A stretch of 64,000 nt of DNA from a virus. Made by a program: the position numbers and the translations under genes. The notes under the pieces are model-generated. The model saw only the letters and a list, made by a program, of their open reading frames with translations. It did not search any database and was not told where the DNA came from. Within the stretch, counting starts at the first letter, position 1. The number at the start of each line of letters is the position of its first letter. Below, in pieces: positions 1 to 10,396 of the stretch. The stretch is from positions 1 to 64,000 of the IMG/VR virus record IMGVR_UViG_3300045988_045464, one strand, 5' to 3'.

Positions 1-971
1 CCAGCCATTACCTTCTTGGCATCACGATTAGCAAATATAACATTGTTGACTGTTATATCCTCTAAGGCAGCATGTCTACGAGGTAGAGAATCCATAAGAC
101 CTAGTTCCTGCACTTTCTTCTGTGCTTCCTCAATCATTCTTTTAGTAACAATTGACTTAGGTCTTTGATAGTTCTCTGGAGCCATGATACGTTCGTATGC
201 AGTCACACAATCGTCCAATTCAAGTCCTGATGATATATTTACCAACAATGTACCAATTGCCGTATTACGAATGCGTGCACATCCTACACGATTGAAGTTT
301 GCCCAACACCAGTTGTCTTTCTCTTCATCAGGTAATGAATCATAGTGTCTTTTATGACCCAGGAATACACTTAAGTCATTTTTAAACTGTTCTCCTCTAT
401 ATAAAGCATTCTGACCTATTAAGTCCAGAACTGTTTCTATAGAATCGACAGTTAATTCCTCCAGTGCACGTTTGAACACTTCCTTAGTTGTGCGTAAAGT
501 TCCCATTACAGCAGATATGGATTCAGTTCCTGCATATACCAACTGACTTGGCATATGATAATAGAGATGATTCCAGGTAATTACTTTAGGACCTTGCAAA
601 CTGTCAATATAGGCATTGTTTCTATCAATTCCTAGTTCATAATCACGAGTGATAAAAACATCTACAACTGGTTTTGATTTCACTAATGCATCGAGATTTC
701 TAGCTACAGTAGCATAAGGTTCATCCAACTGTAGGTTCTCCCACATGGTTACTACTTTATTGTCTTTAATGGCGACAACTCTACCATAATGTCTGATATA
801 ATGTTTACAATTGTTGCAATTATGAGACTGTCTCTCTTCCTCCGGAAAGGAATTAAGATAACAATCCCATAATGCATCCTTGTCTACATTAGTCAGAAAG
901 AGCATGTCTGCACCAGCAGCTAGTCGATTAAACTGCGCATGGACTGCTCTTTTAAACTTGACAAATTCCAT
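1..971 (-). CDS. hypothetical protein (partial; start at 971, runs off the window edge)
   Basis: ATG at 971-969 (minus); the frame stays open to position 1; no motif recognised. Confidence 0.4.
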   Translation of the reverse strand, partial: MEFVKFKRAVHAQFNRLAAGADMLFLTNVDKDALWDCYLNSFPEEERQSHNCNNCKHYIRHYGRVVAIKDNKVVTMWENLQLDEPYATVARNLDALVKSKPVVDVFITRDYELGIDRNNAYIDSLQGPKVITWNHLYYHMPSQLVYAGTESISAVMGTLRTTKEVFKRALEELTVDSIETVLDLIGQNALYRGEQFKNDLSVFLGHKRHYDSLPDEEKDNWCWANFNRVGCARIRNTAIGTLLVNISSGLELDDCVTAYERIMAPENYQRPKSIVTKRMIEEAQKKVQELGLMDSLPRRHAALEDITVNNVIFANRDAKKVMA

Positions 972-975
972 AATC

Positions 976-1831
976 TTATAAAGGTTTAATATTGTCGAAT
1001 ATATTGTCTTCGGCTTCTACTCCCCATTTAGAGTGAATCATTACCCCTATTGGAGTTACTTGAAATACAAATGGGTCATTATTGATAGGAATAATCTTCC
1101 TTTCCGGAACTGTAAACCGCATCGTTTCATTCATTTCTTCAATAGGAGCGGCAATGAATAAGTCAGCACTGCTACATTCTTTTGAATCAGCAATGTTCAC
1201 ATCATGTGCCTTGGCTTTATTAAGGATATGAAAGAATGGATATGCATTCATTCTAGCCTTATTTCTACTCAAATACATAAGTCCAATATGGGAAGGTTCC
1301 TGCCTAATGAAGTACCTTCCAACCGGATAGGACATGCTATCAATAGGCATAGGGTGAGTAGCAACTTGCATACCGTAAAGGTGAACCGTTTCCGCTGTAG
1401 TTAACATACTCATTTGCCTCAAGTGCTTGAGCAGTAGCCATTACCTTGGAGATTTCATCAATGTTCTCATCAGGTACAGAACCTTTATAAGCTGATAGTC
1501 TTCCAACAACTAATCCATACTTAACATTCAGATTAATGAAATCCTCCTCCTTAAGTATCAATGAGCCAGGGAAATGTCTTTGCAAAAAGCTATAACATTT
1601 TAAGACTTTAAGGTCCTCTTCCGAAGTGATAGCATCACCTACTTCTTTAGAATTAGTAAATCCTAAAGCTTTCAGTTTGACAGCCTTATCAACTAGTTGA
1701 TGATTCGGATTCAGACCCTTAATAGTCTTCATGTACTCTACAGCCATTAGAGTATAAGCTAATTGCACTTCTTGGGCTGTGAATCTCTTTGTGCCTACAG
1801 ACGTATCTGTAGAAGGACTAAAATTGTTCAT
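976..1831 (-). pseudogene. frameshifted paralogue of the 283-aa protein at 6572..7423 (ORFs 1340..1831 and 976..1422 in different frames)
   Basis: The two ORFs align colinearly to the N- and C-halves of 6572..7423 (LILKEEDFINLNVKYGL~ALVVTYEDFFAILKKYNL; VFQVTPIGVMIHSKWGVEAEDNIFD~VFRATKVGIVIVSMWGEEASDSMFD). The frame switch lies near 1340-1440. Confidence 0.5.
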
Positions 1832-1951
1832 AATTACTTTTGTTTAACTGAACCTGGTCTGGTAGTAGCTCTCTTAAATGAATCAGATTGCTTATCCCAC
1901 CAAGCCTGTCGGTCTTTAAGACGTTGTACTTTCTTCTTGTATTTCATAGGT

Positions 1952-2425
1952 TTATCCTATTTCGTTACTAGCATTATAAGCAAGCTTGTCGGCTTCCTTA
2001 TTATGTTCATCACTTGCGTGACCTTTACACCACTCAACAGACACTACTTTATGCCTGTTCACAGCCTTATCAAGACGTTCCCACAAATCAGTATTGGCTT
2101 TCCTCTTCCACCCTTTAGTAAGAGTTCCTACAATATACATAGAATCTGTTACTATTGTAATTTCAGAAGGTTCCTTTATGGATTCCAGGGCAACTATGGC
2201 AGCCATTTGCTCCATTCGCTGATTGGTGCTGTTCTTATACATCTTACTGTATTGGAATATCTTCTTGTCATCCTCTAAAATGACAAAGCCTATTCCCCCT
2301 TGATTTCTCGCAGGAGAATAGGCACCATCACAGTATATTCTGTACTTATGCGTCGGCATTAGGATTCTCAACAAAATCCTCATCATCCTCATCTTCTTCG
2401 GTTTCGGATATGACATCTTCATCAA
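1952..2425 (-). CDS. rnhA: ribonuclease H (RNase HI family)
   Basis: Motifs IYCDGAYS...GGIGFV, MEQMAAIVALE, ITIVTDSMYIV, EWCKGHASDEHNKEADKLA match the RNase HI catalytic core (D-E-D-D). The true start is probably an internal Met (MRMMR/MPTHK). Confidence 0.75.
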   Translation of the reverse strand: MMKMSYPKPKKMRMMRILLRILMPTHKYRIYCDGAYSPARNQGGIGFVILEDDKKIFQYSKMYKNSTNQRMEQMAAIVALESIKEPSEITIVTDSMYIVGTLTKGWKRKANTDLWERLDKAVNRHKVVSVEWCKGHASDEHNKEADKLAYNASNEIG

Positions 2426-2876
2426 TAAGGTGCTTAACCCACATACCTAAGATAAAGATGACATAGAATTTGTCTTCCTCCTGTTTGTAGTTAACCTTGT
2501 CAGAGACTTCATTAACTACATCTAACATTGTGAACTCCTCTTTAGCCATAGCATCATCAGCTATAGCAGACATTTCTTCTACATAAGGTCTAGCCTTCTG
2601 CATTGCTTCGTCAAAACTCTTTACTAAGGCTATGCCTTCATCACCTCTAATTTGCATAGCAACAGATAGAGGTTGTTGCAATTCATTTCTAAAGAAGCCC
2701 AAATAGAAAGCCTTCTCTACATTTCCGTTCACGAAGTCATTGAAAGATTTAGCTTTCATTACTTCTTCTACTTTGAAATCAATTTCTGATACGTCTCTGA
2801 TTTTGTCCATAATGTTATGATAGCAACCCACCAATCTTCTCGGCCATGGCTGTTGCTTTGTTAGAAACTGCTTCAA
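2346..2876 (-). CDS. hypothetical protein with acidic C-terminus
   Basis: 176-aa ORF. The last ~26 codons overlap the rnhA start, so the start is likely internal. Confidence 0.45.
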   Translation of the reverse strand: MKQFLTKQQPWPRRLVGCYHNIMDKIRDVSEIDFKVEEVMKAKSFNDFVNGNVEKAFYLGFFRNELQQPLSVAMQIRGDEGIALVKSFDEAMQKARPYVEEMSAIADDAMAKEEFTMLDVVNEVSDKVNYKQEEDKFYVIFILGMWVKHLIDEDVISETEEDEDDEDFVENPNADA

Positions 2877-3099
2877 GGTTTGCAGCTTCAGTTTGTAATT
2901 CGATAATCTCTTGTTCTCTAACCTCTTTCTCTGCTTGAGCTTTAGATGCTACCTCTTTAAGATTGGTAACAGCTTTCTCAAAATACATCAATAATCTTAG
3001 CTGATTCCTCGGCTAGTGAGGTACTTGTTACTTTAGCCGGTTCGGCTGATTGTTTCTTTCCAAACATCTTATAGGATTAGAATTACAGGGTTCAGGGTG

Positions 3100-3182
3100 A
3101 GCGGCTGTCGGGAATCGAACCCAATCTATCACTTGTGCGCATACTAAAATTAGTGATGTGCCCTCCTTTACACTACAACCGC
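3100..3182 (-). tRNA. tRNA-like element with an atypical (expanded) anticodon arm
   Basis: Acceptor gcggttg/cagccgc pairs 7/7 and the T arm is ttggg-TTCGATT-cccga. The D arm is gtgt/gcac. The anticodon stem tcact/agtga encloses an 18-nt loop. Confidence 0.4.
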
Positions 3183-3449
3183 ATGGAGCAGTGGTTAGAA
3201 TACTAATAGTCAAGTACTAATAGTCATTCCTAAAGAGGTGTTCTGCAACCACCCCACAGTCAGCGCTAAACTGCACGTCTTATTACATACGCTCAACTCT
3301 GCTTTAGTTGTCATCGCTGGACTTTATTTAACCCAGATTCCAGCCTGGTCTATACTCGTTTCCTTTTAAGCTTACCACACTTGGAACATACTAGTAAGTA
3401 TCTGTTACAATCAGTATAGCTAGTTTTTGCTATTATAGTCCATTCATGC

Positions 3450-4643
3450 CTACATGCTAGTTTCTCTAGCCATTTCTTGAATAGTTCTTTCATAATCAAT
3501 TCGTTTTACTAATGGATATAATTGCCCATAGCCGTGATTAACTGTTATACACCTAGATGTTATAGACAGACGATAGTGAGCATTGTTAATTTCGTTAGTA
3601 AGATACTCCATAGTTACAGGAGTTACTCCGTCACTAAATGTAACAGTTATGCCCGCTTCTATATCTCCTACACTCTTAGTAAGAGCATCTAAGCTACTTT
3701 GAATTTCTGCATATCTAGGATTAGGAATCTGCTCCGTCTTTAAATGCATAAAATGCTTAGATGTTTCACCTATATAACCTCCTTTGCTACATGGAATCGG
3801 AAGATAAACCCAGTTGTTATCAAACTTAACAGCTTGTTCATAAGCATGAGTTCCAGGTCTAAAGAGTTGCTGGTACGTATCGACTTTAACTACTTCTCTA
3901 GTCCCAGGAAGTCTGCCTTGCTTGCCGTCTAACCACCACCTTATATAGTCACGAGCATCACGCACATGATATACTGGCAACTCAACTGGAGTACCATTAA
4001 CCATACACCAATAATGACCTAGCAACCTCGGTCTATAAAAGTCAGAGTCTGTTCCATTGGAGTCAGGATTAGAATTGGCAAATCCATAACAGTAATCATA
4101 ATAGTCTGCTGCTTTATGAGGTTTAGCAATCTTACCAAACTTGGGCAAAGCATGATTCCTGTTCTCCTTCCATTGCTTAGTACTAATGTTGTATCGACGA
4201 CCTCTAGGAGTCTGCTCAACAGATTGTACTAATCCATTATCATCAACTCTAAAGAACGCCTGTCTCCACCTATAATCAGTAAAGTAGTCGTCTAGGTATT
4301 CAGTTTTGTCAGTATTCTTAATTGGCTTAATCCACTCATTCCAGGCTTTGGCTAGCTCTTTATAAGGCTTACCTACATACTTGGCTATGAATTTCACAAT
4401 CCTAGATTCTTTAACGTATCCATAGCCGTGGTCCCAAGCTATATGACAACTTTTGTCTAATACCTTTCTACCATATCCTCTCTGCGCTGCCACTTCTTTA
4501 GATACTCTCAAATTGAAATCAGCATCAAAATCAGCTAGCGTCACTTTAGTAAGGTGTCTAGGATAGTAGCTTGGATTACGAGTATGCTTGCTTTTACGTT
4601 TATACTCTTTCCTATGACCAAGTTTAAGTCTTCGTTCACTCAT
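3450..4643 (-). CDS. hypothetical protein (397 aa)
   Basis: Long ORF with no recognisable motif. Confidence 0.55.
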   Translation of the reverse strand: MSERRLKLGHRKEYKRKSKHTRNPSYYPRHLTKVTLADFDADFNLRVSKEVAAQRGYGRKVLDKSCHIAWDHGYGYVKESRIVKFIAKYVGKPYKELAKAWNEWIKPIKNTDKTEYLDDYFTDYRWRQAFFRVDDNGLVQSVEQTPRGRRYNISTKQWKENRNHALPKFGKIAKPHKAADYYDYCYGFANSNPDSNGTDSDFYRPRLLGHYWCMVNGTPVELPVYHVRDARDYIRWWLDGKQGRLPGTREVVKVDTYQQLFRPGTHAYEQAVKFDNNWVYLPIPCSKGGYIGETSKHFMHLKTEQIPNPRYAEIQSSLDALTKSVGDIEAGITVTFSDGVTPVTMEYLTNEINNAHYRLSITSRCITVNHGYGQLYPLVKRIDYERTIQEMARETSM

Positions 4644-4644
4644 G

Positions 4645-4929
4645 TTATAGTATTTTAGTTACTTTACCAAATACGGATTTGGTCCACCCATTAATCTTAC
4701 CATGATTGTTGCCTATAAGAACTCCTCTGTCTCCCTTAGCTTTGACTAAGTGAGTATAGTATCTACCTTTAACTTTGCAGAATACTATATCACCTACCTC
4801 TACATCGCTAAGATTTATAGGACTCAAGACATGCTCTTGGCCAGATTTGATTAGAGGAGTCATAGAGTTTCCCTTCTCTGAGGTTCTGAAGGATTTTCCT
4901 TCGGTCAATAGTCTCTCCTTGTAATGCAT
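4645..4929 (-). CDS. S24 (LexA/UmuD-like) peptidase-domain protein
   Basis: GNSMTPLIKSGQ...VGDIVFCKV...LIGNNHG resembles the S24 peptidase fold (catalytic Ser in G-x-SM). Confidence 0.45.
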   Translation of the reverse strand: MHYKERLLTEGKSFRTSEKGNSMTPLIKSGQEHVLSPINLSDVEVGDIVFCKVKGRYYTHLVKAKGDRGVLIGNNHGKINGWTKSVFGKVTKIL

Positions 4930-5299
4930 CGGCTTTAGACATTAAATATACAAAGTTTAATCTCTCTTCCATGGTAGAACCATTACTTATTCTTTCAAAC
5001 AAGGTTAGTTCTTGCCCATTTTTGTAGTTATAGTAAGATATCAACTCATTATATCTGACAGTTTTACTATTCAACGAAGCTATAGTCATTGGATATCTTC
5101 TTAGCACTACTCCCCTATATAAATCAACAAGTTCACCCAATGAGTTGGCAATCTTTAATAACCTAACTACATTGGGTGAACCGTGTTTCTTGTACCTAAT
5201 AGCATAATTCTCCAGAGCAGCATCCCAATCATGGAATACATGTTGAGCTTGAGTTAAATCAATCTCAACTATTTTGCGCAGGAACTCTTCTATAGTCAT
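4808..5299 (-). CDS. hypothetical protein
   Basis: 163-aa ORF. Confidence 0.45.
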   Translation of the reverse strand: MTIEEFLRKIVEIDLTQAQHVFHDWDAALENYAIRYKKHGSPNVVRLLKIANSLGELVDLYRGVVLRRYPMTIASLNSKTVRYNELISYYNYKNGQELTLFERISNGSTMEERLNFVYLMSKADALQGETIDRRKILQNLREGKLYDSSNQIWPRACLESYKS

Positions 5300-5502
5300 A
5301 TTAATTAGATATTGTAGGTGATGTTAACTTGTCAATTAGATTCTTCATTGCTTCTTCACCAGCAGCAAAACCTTCAGAATACCCGATTTTATATGCCTTC
5401 TCTATAGATACAGCAACAGCTTCCATGACGCTATTGCCCTCATACTGTTTCTTTAATTCTTCTAATAGTTCTTTCATAAATCCTCCTTCCTTTAATTATT
5501 AG

Positions 5503-5588
5503 TAGCTTGAGTGGGATTCGAACCCACACGTCCATTTCTGGACACCAGAGCTTAAATCTGGGGCGTCTACCAATTTCGCCATCAAGCC
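5503..5588 (-). tRNA. tRNA-Leu (anticodon TAA)
   Basis: Acceptor ggcttga/tcaagct; anticodon stem ccaga/tctgg with loop tTTAAgc. The long variable arm tgtccagaaatggacg makes it type II. T arm gtggg-TTCGAAT-cccac. Confidence 0.8.
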
Positions 5589-5822
5589 ATACCCTTATAC
5601 TGACATCATGACCTTGATTGTAACTACAATTATCATTCCTATAGTACTTATAGCAGCTATACTTAAGAATATCTTAACCCATTTAAAGTCACAATCCCAT
5701 ATAGTTAGTAACATAGCTATTAATGCAGCCACAAATGCAATGACTACAGTAATCATTAATGCTGTTTCCATATCAATCTCTTACTAAGTCTATCCAATTA
5801 ATTAGGATATGATACAACCACC

Positions 5823-6218
5823 TCATAATACGTAATCACAATAAGTGTCAACAAAATCCTTAGCTTCTTTTAAACCACATTTAGCAGATTCTTTTACATG
5901 CTTAACTGCTTGCAGTTTGGAACCAGTCTGTACAAACTGTTTCATCTTAAAGAAGTCTTCACATGACAAATCAATTGTATTATTCCAACGCTTCCTGTAT
6001 GCAAGCATTGCACCACTATACTCTTGAGGATGTTCTGTCCAGGTAATTTGTTGGTCTAATATAACTGTACAAGTTCCATCAAGTATATCATATTCTCTAG
6101 ATTCTACGGTGAATTTACCAGCTTCTAACACTACTATATCAGTAGGAAATGGAATCATCTCTGATGAGATTGATACTTCCTCTATTGTCTTATCATCTTT
6201 TACAAATTTTACAAACAT
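5823..6218 (-). CDS. hypothetical protein
   Basis: 131-aa ORF. Confidence 0.5.
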   Translation of the reverse strand: MFVKFVKDDKTIEEVSISSEMIPFPTDIVVLEAGKFTVESREYDILDGTCTVILDQQITWTEHPQEYSGAMLAYRKRWNNTIDLSCEDFFKMKQFVQTGSKLQAVKHVKESAKCGLKEAKDFVDTYCDYVL

Positions 6219-6243
6219 AATCTTTAAGTATTAACTAATAATG

Positions 6244-6317
6244 TGGCGAGAAGGTGACTCGAACACCCAACCTTGCGATTATGAGTCGCACGCTCTAGCC
6301 AGTTGAGCTATCTCGCC
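6244..6317 (-). tRNA. tRNA-Met family (anticodon CAT; Met/fMet/Ile2 not distinguished)
   Basis: Acceptor ggcgaga/tctcgcc; D arm tagctcaactggctagagc; anticodon stem tgcga/tcgca with loop ctCATaa; T arm gggtg-TTCGAGT-cacc. Confidence 0.8.
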
Positions 6318-6571
6318 ATTAATAAGAACATAAAGCTCATCGTGTCTACATCGTTACCAATGCAACCTTAATACCTCCCGTTTGCTTCACTGCCGGCTAG
6401 TCTGGCTTTGTCTCCTTATGTTCTTATATATGAATAATCCGCCTGGCAGGGCTGCGAGCTGCCTTACCAATTATTGACGTCAGCTAATCTATGGAATAGC
6501 ACGTCTGCTAAACTGAAATAGCCCTATAGTCATTTCTACACCTGCTCACATTTAAGTGGTGGATTACATGT

Positions 6572-7423
6572 TTATCGGTATTTATCGAACATGCTGTCTG
6601 ATGCTTCTTCTCCCCACATAGACACGATAACAATACCTACTTTGGTAGCCCTAAATACTATTGGGTCTTCTAACCTTCTTTTACGGTCTTCTTCAGCTTT
6701 AGAGAAGATTTCTATGCGAATATTATTCTCCATAGTATCATAAGGCGCTGCAATTAGCCAAGTGTTATGGTCTAAATATGAGGTGCCAAGATGTAGGTAA
6801 TCTTCCTCCTTATAACTTCCACCTATAGACCTCATGTACTGATAACCACGGTCAATACCTTTGAATACAAATGGGAATCTAGAGAAATACTCAACAAGCC
6901 GTTTGGTCATGTCCTTAGACATTCTTGAATCTATTCTCGCAGCTTCAACCCAACTGACGTAGTTAAGATTTAAAGAGTTCAAAGCGTTAGAAGCCTTTGC
7001 TATTTGTGACACATTCTCACTTGGAATGAATCCGCTGAAGGTCGATATTGGACCACAATACAAATTGTACTTCTTCAGGATTGCAAAGAAATCCTCGTAA
7101 GTTACAACCAGTGCATCAGGATACGATTCTTTAATCCAGGATGTTATTTCGTTAACCTTCTTCAGGTCTAATTTCTCTGGACCTAAAGCTGACTTATACT
7201 TCTTAGACTCGAGAATAGTCCTAAGGGTATCTGCATTCTTAGTTCTACCTAAACCTGCTGCTTCCAACTTATCAAGCTCCTCTTTGATTTGCTCGGAATT
7301 GTCAAAGTCTTGATTGCCTTCTACGTACTTCTTATAGTACTCCATAGATGCTGTTACTAAGGCTAAACGTAACGCATCTGCACTCAATTTCTCCATACTA
7401 TGATAAATGTTCTTTAATATCAA
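6572..7423 (-). CDS. hypothetical protein (intact paralogue of 976..1831)
   Basis: 283-aa ORF that aligns colinearly with both frameshifted ORFs near the window start. Confidence 0.55.
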   Translation of the reverse strand: MILKNIYHSMEKLSADALRLALVTASMEYYKKYVEGNQDFDNSEQIKEELDKLEAAGLGRTKNADTLRTILESKKYKSALGPEKLDLKKVNEITSWIKESYPDALVVTYEDFFAILKKYNLYCGPISTFSGFIPSENVSQIAKASNALNSLNLNYVSWVEAARIDSRMSKDMTKRLVEYFSRFPFVFKGIDRGYQYMRSIGGSYKEEDYLHLGTSYLDHNTWLIAAPYDTMENNIRIEIFSKAEEDRKRRLEDPIVFRATKVGIVIVSMWGEEASDSMFDKYR

Positions 7424-7856
7424 TCATGTATTTTATACCTTCAATTATCACACATGCTAGCCCGCCAACGAGCATAATGAAGTATAATGCAACAATTAGT
7501 GGTTCCCAACCAGTCCCATAATCACTTCTATTAAGATTAAAGCTAAGCCTATTAGGCTTGTTATTAATAAAAGCTCTATCATAGGTTGGTTTGTCTACAC
7601 GTAGTTTAAACTGATTGTCTCTACCGTCAGCTATTAGTGTAAGCTTATATACAGTATGCGTCTGTTGATTAACTGTTTCGGTATAACAGTCCTTAGCAAC
7701 TACTGTAGTCCACACAGGTTTGTCAATACAGGTTTCTTTAACTAAGTTAGATTTACATCCTCCTAGTCCTACTAAGCACACCACCAGCCATATTACTATC
7801 AAAGTTGCATGTCTGAAAGTGTTAGCTGACGGTCTCATATCAACAATTGTTGGCAT
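7398..7856 (-). CDS. putative lipoprotein / membrane protein
   Basis: N-terminal hydrophobic segment with a lipobox-like LVGLGGC, and a C-terminal transmembrane helix. Confidence 0.5.
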   Translation of the reverse strand: MPTIVDMRPSANTFRHATLIVIWLVVCLVGLGGCKSNLVKETCIDKPVWTTVVAKDCYTETVNQQTHTVYKLTLIADGRDNQFKLRVDKPTYDRAFINNKPNRLSFNLNRSDYGTGWEPLIVALYFIMLVGGLACVIIEGIKYMIDIKEHLS

Positions 7857-8035
7857 CCTCTGTCAGTAATTTAGTTGCTTTATCCATTCCTAACTCGTAA
7901 GCTTCAGCAATTAATACTGCTGCGCTTGCTATTGAAAGCTTACCACCGTTGTCCTCTGCTACGTTAGCTGCATTTTCAAGCAGCTCACTTAAAGTTTCTA
8001 CCATAATTAAATACATTTAATAGTTAATAATCTAG

Positions 8036-8117
8036 TAGGGTAGGTGAGACTCGAACTCACACGCCCGAAGGCACTTGGGCCTAAACCAAGCCTGTCTGCC
8101 AATTCCAGCACTACCCC
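8036..8117 (-). tRNA. tRNA-Leu (anticodon TAG)
   Basis: Acceptor ggggtag/ctaccct; anticodon stem cttgg/ccaag with loop tTTAGgc; long variable arm tgccttcgggcgt; T arm gtgag-TTCGAGT-ctcac. Confidence 0.75.
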
Positions 8118-8121
8118 ATTG

Positions 8122-8340
8122 TTACTTCATCAAGTTGATAAATTCATCTTCATGTCCCTTATAGTATCGCTGAAGATATGCAATATACACAGCTTCGTCC
8201 TTAACTATTTGAGGGAATTTAGATTCAAATTGTTCTACTTTCTCTTCTCCTACTATACTTACATGAAAGTCTCTAGGTGTAGTATCCACCTTAGTTGCAG
8301 ACATTAATAAGACTAATAGGAATATCAATAAATGTCTCAT
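8122..8340 (-). CDS. small secreted protein (signal peptide)
   Basis: 72-aa ORF starting MRHLLIFLLVLLMSATKV. Confidence 0.4.
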   Translation of the reverse strand: MRHLLIFLLVLLMSATKVDTTPRDFHVSIVGEEKVEQFESKFPQIVKDEAVYIAYLQRYYKGHEDEFINLMK

Positions 8341-8387
8341 TTAGTTGTTAATAAAAGGAGAGCGAGATTGCTCTCGCCCTCCAAGGT

Positions 8388-9845
8388 TTATTTGTTGTCT
8401 TTCTTCTCCGTAGAATAGTCCTTACGGTCGAGTTCCCACTGATACTCACACATCTGAGTGATTGCTTCAAGCTTCTCTGTACCCAGAACGAGTTTGAGAG
8501 CATTTACCAATCTTTCAGCCGGAGTTTCCACAACAGCTTTCTTGGATGCAAGTCCAAGTTGACGTTGATAAGATTCAACGCTAGCTTTGATATGGAACGA
8601 TGTTACATGGGTTTCTTCTGTAAAGATAAGTTTGGATTTGGTTGATTCAACGATTTCAGCCATAAATGCCGGAGCAATTTCAGCTTCTTGAATGTAGTTA
8701 CATACTTCACTCAAATCATCGTCGATTGTATATCCTTCTTCAGCGGTGAAGGTAGAACGGATGAATTTCTCCGCAGTTTCAGCGTCCAGACAGTCCATGG
8801 TAATCACAGAACCAATTCTCTTACCTCTCAAGAAGGTAGGTTCAATCAATTCAATGTGATTAGTAGTGAACAAGGTGATTACGTTCATGTCTTTGGTATC
8901 ACCACCGTCCAGAGTATTCAGGATGTCTTGCATAGCAGCATCTCTGTTACCTCTAGTTACTTGGTCAATATCTTCAACAAATACGACAACACCATGGCCC
9001 GAACGGTCAACAACTTTACACATGCGCAGAGTTTCTGCAAGAAGAGAAGGATTCTTCAAATACACGAATGACCAGCCGTTTGTCACAGCATCTTTAGCCA
9101 GCTTAAATGCCAGCAAGGTCTTACCTGTACCATATTTACCTTCCAGCAAACAACCGTACTTCAATGGAATACCTTTAGCCAGACATTTCTCCGGATACAA
9201 GATTCTTGAACGTAGCGGTTGCAATTCAAATTCAGTCTTCTTAGAAAGAACCATGAATTGTTTCTCGATGCCGGCAAGTGTCATGATAGTAGGTTCAGAC
9301 AGATTGCTGATTTCCAGTGCTTGATTCTTGTAGATAGACTCCGATGCTAACAGTTCTTTAGTTCTGTCAACAATATCATCAATCAATGACTGGTATTTGA
9401 ACTGGCATTGTCCTTTAATAAGGAGCAAATGACGGTCATTGTCATAGTTGATGTTGATTTCAGAATCTTCTCCCAATTCTTCAAGGCTAATTTTACCAAA
9501 CGGAACTTTGGTACGAGAACCGTCTGCCAGAACAACGTCTACGGTATCAATGTTGCTGTTTCCAGAAGGACTGTTATCCTCCTTACTAACGGCAGAACCG
9601 AAGATTTCATTGATTGCTCTGTTCAACTGATATACACCGTCTGGTTTCCAACAAAGCAGCGAGTATTTGAAACTTGCCATTTTCTTGGACTGTTTGATTT
9701 CACCTTCGATGAATCCCAGAGCATCAGCATACTTCACGTTGCTTTGGAGCACTTCAATCATTCTCTGTTTCTGAGTTTCCTCGTACTTGTTAACTCTCTG
9801 CTTAATAGCAGCTGTAGTTCCTTGCGGAATAATGTTCTTTGCCAT
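8388..9845 (-). CDS. AAA-family ATPase
   Basis: Walker A GKYGTGKT and Walker B VVFVEDID. The second region of homology is NVITLFTTNHIELIEPTFLRGKRIGSVI, typical of classical AAA. Confidence 0.75.
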   Translation of the reverse strand: MAKNIIPQGTTAAIKQRVNKYEETQKQRMIEVLQSNVKYADALGFIEGEIKQSKKMASFKYSLLCWKPDGVYQLNRAINEIFGSAVSKEDNSPSGNSNIDTVDVVLADGSRTKVPFGKISLEELGEDSEININYDNDRHLLLIKGQCQFKYQSLIDDIVDRTKELLASESIYKNQALEISNLSEPTIMTLAGIEKQFMVLSKKTEFELQPLRSRILYPEKCLAKGIPLKYGCLLEGKYGTGKTLLAFKLAKDAVTNGWSFVYLKNPSLLAETLRMCKVVDRSGHGVVVFVEDIDQVTRGNRDAAMQDILNTLDGGDTKDMNVITLFTTNHIELIEPTFLRGKRIGSVITMDCLDAETAEKFIRSTFTAEEGYTIDDDLSEVCNYIQEAEIAPAFMAEIVESTKSKLIFTEETHVTSFHIKASVESYQRQLGLASKKAVVETPAERLVNALKLVLGTEKLEAITQMCEYQWELDRKDYSTEKKDNK

Positions 9846-9848
9846 TAC

Positions 9849-10121
9849 TTAATTAGGTTTATTAATCTTATTTACTTCTTTAATGATTGCTTCACAATTC
9901 TCTCTTGTTGTAGTTAAACAACCAAGTTGAATAATAGAACCGTCTTGAGTGATAGTCAGGTTCTTCTCTTCGATTGTTTCCCTACATAGACCTCCTCTGA
10001 TAATTCTTTTAATGAGTGGAAAGGGTAATATAGTATTCTTACAGAATATCATATTCTTGCCTTCCACATAAATGACATCGTAGCCGTCAATGCTACCTAC
10101 TACCTTACTCATTCGATTCAA
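9849..10121 (-). CDS. hypothetical protein
   Basis: 90-aa ORF immediately downstream of the ATPase. Confidence 0.45.
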   Translation of the reverse strand: MNRMSKVVGSIDGYDVIYVEGKNMIFCKNTILPFPLIKRIIRGGLCRETIEEKNLTITQDGSIIQLGCLTTTRENCEAIIKEVNKINKPN

Positions 10122-10133
10122 CTATTAACTGTG

Positions 10134-10207
10134 TGGGCCCGGCCGGACTTGAACCGACAACCTCCTGATTATGAGTCAGTTTCTCTAACCGATTGAGATA
10201 CGGGCCC
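10134..10207 (-). tRNA. tRNA-Met family (anticodon CAT), second copy
   Basis: Acceptor gggcccg/cgggccc; anticodon loop ctCATaa; T arm gtcgg-TTCAAGT-ccggc. Confidence 0.75.
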
Positions 10208-10303
10208 CGAACGCCCATGTTTACTCACAATTAACAGTTCTCAAAGAGTAGTGTTGTTAGTGACTTCATGATAAATTCTATTTTAAACTGAAATAATTAG
10301 TAG

Positions 10304-10375
10304 TTGGGCTACCAGGATTCGAACCTGGGCTACAAGAGCCAAAACCTTGTGTGACTACCACTACACCATAGCCCA
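10304..10375 (-). tRNA. tRNA-Gln (anticodon TTG)
   Basis: Acceptor begins with a U1:A72 pair (tgggcta/tagccca), as in bacterial tRNA-Gln. Anticodon stem caagg/tcttg with loop ttTTGgc. T arm ccagg-TTCGAAT-cctgg. Confidence 0.7.
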
Positions 10376-10396
10376 GTAAAAGGAGTCCGAAGACTC

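Noticed and set aside
3028-3213. 61-aa minus-strand ORF
   Set aside because: Entirely overlaps the tRNA-like element at 3100..3182.
8044-8307. 87-aa plus-strand ORF
   Set aside because: Overlaps tRNA-Leu(TAG) and the antisense of the 8122..8340 gene.
8688-9917. Several plus-strand ORFs inside the AAA ATPase gene
   Set aside because: Antisense to a well-supported CDS.
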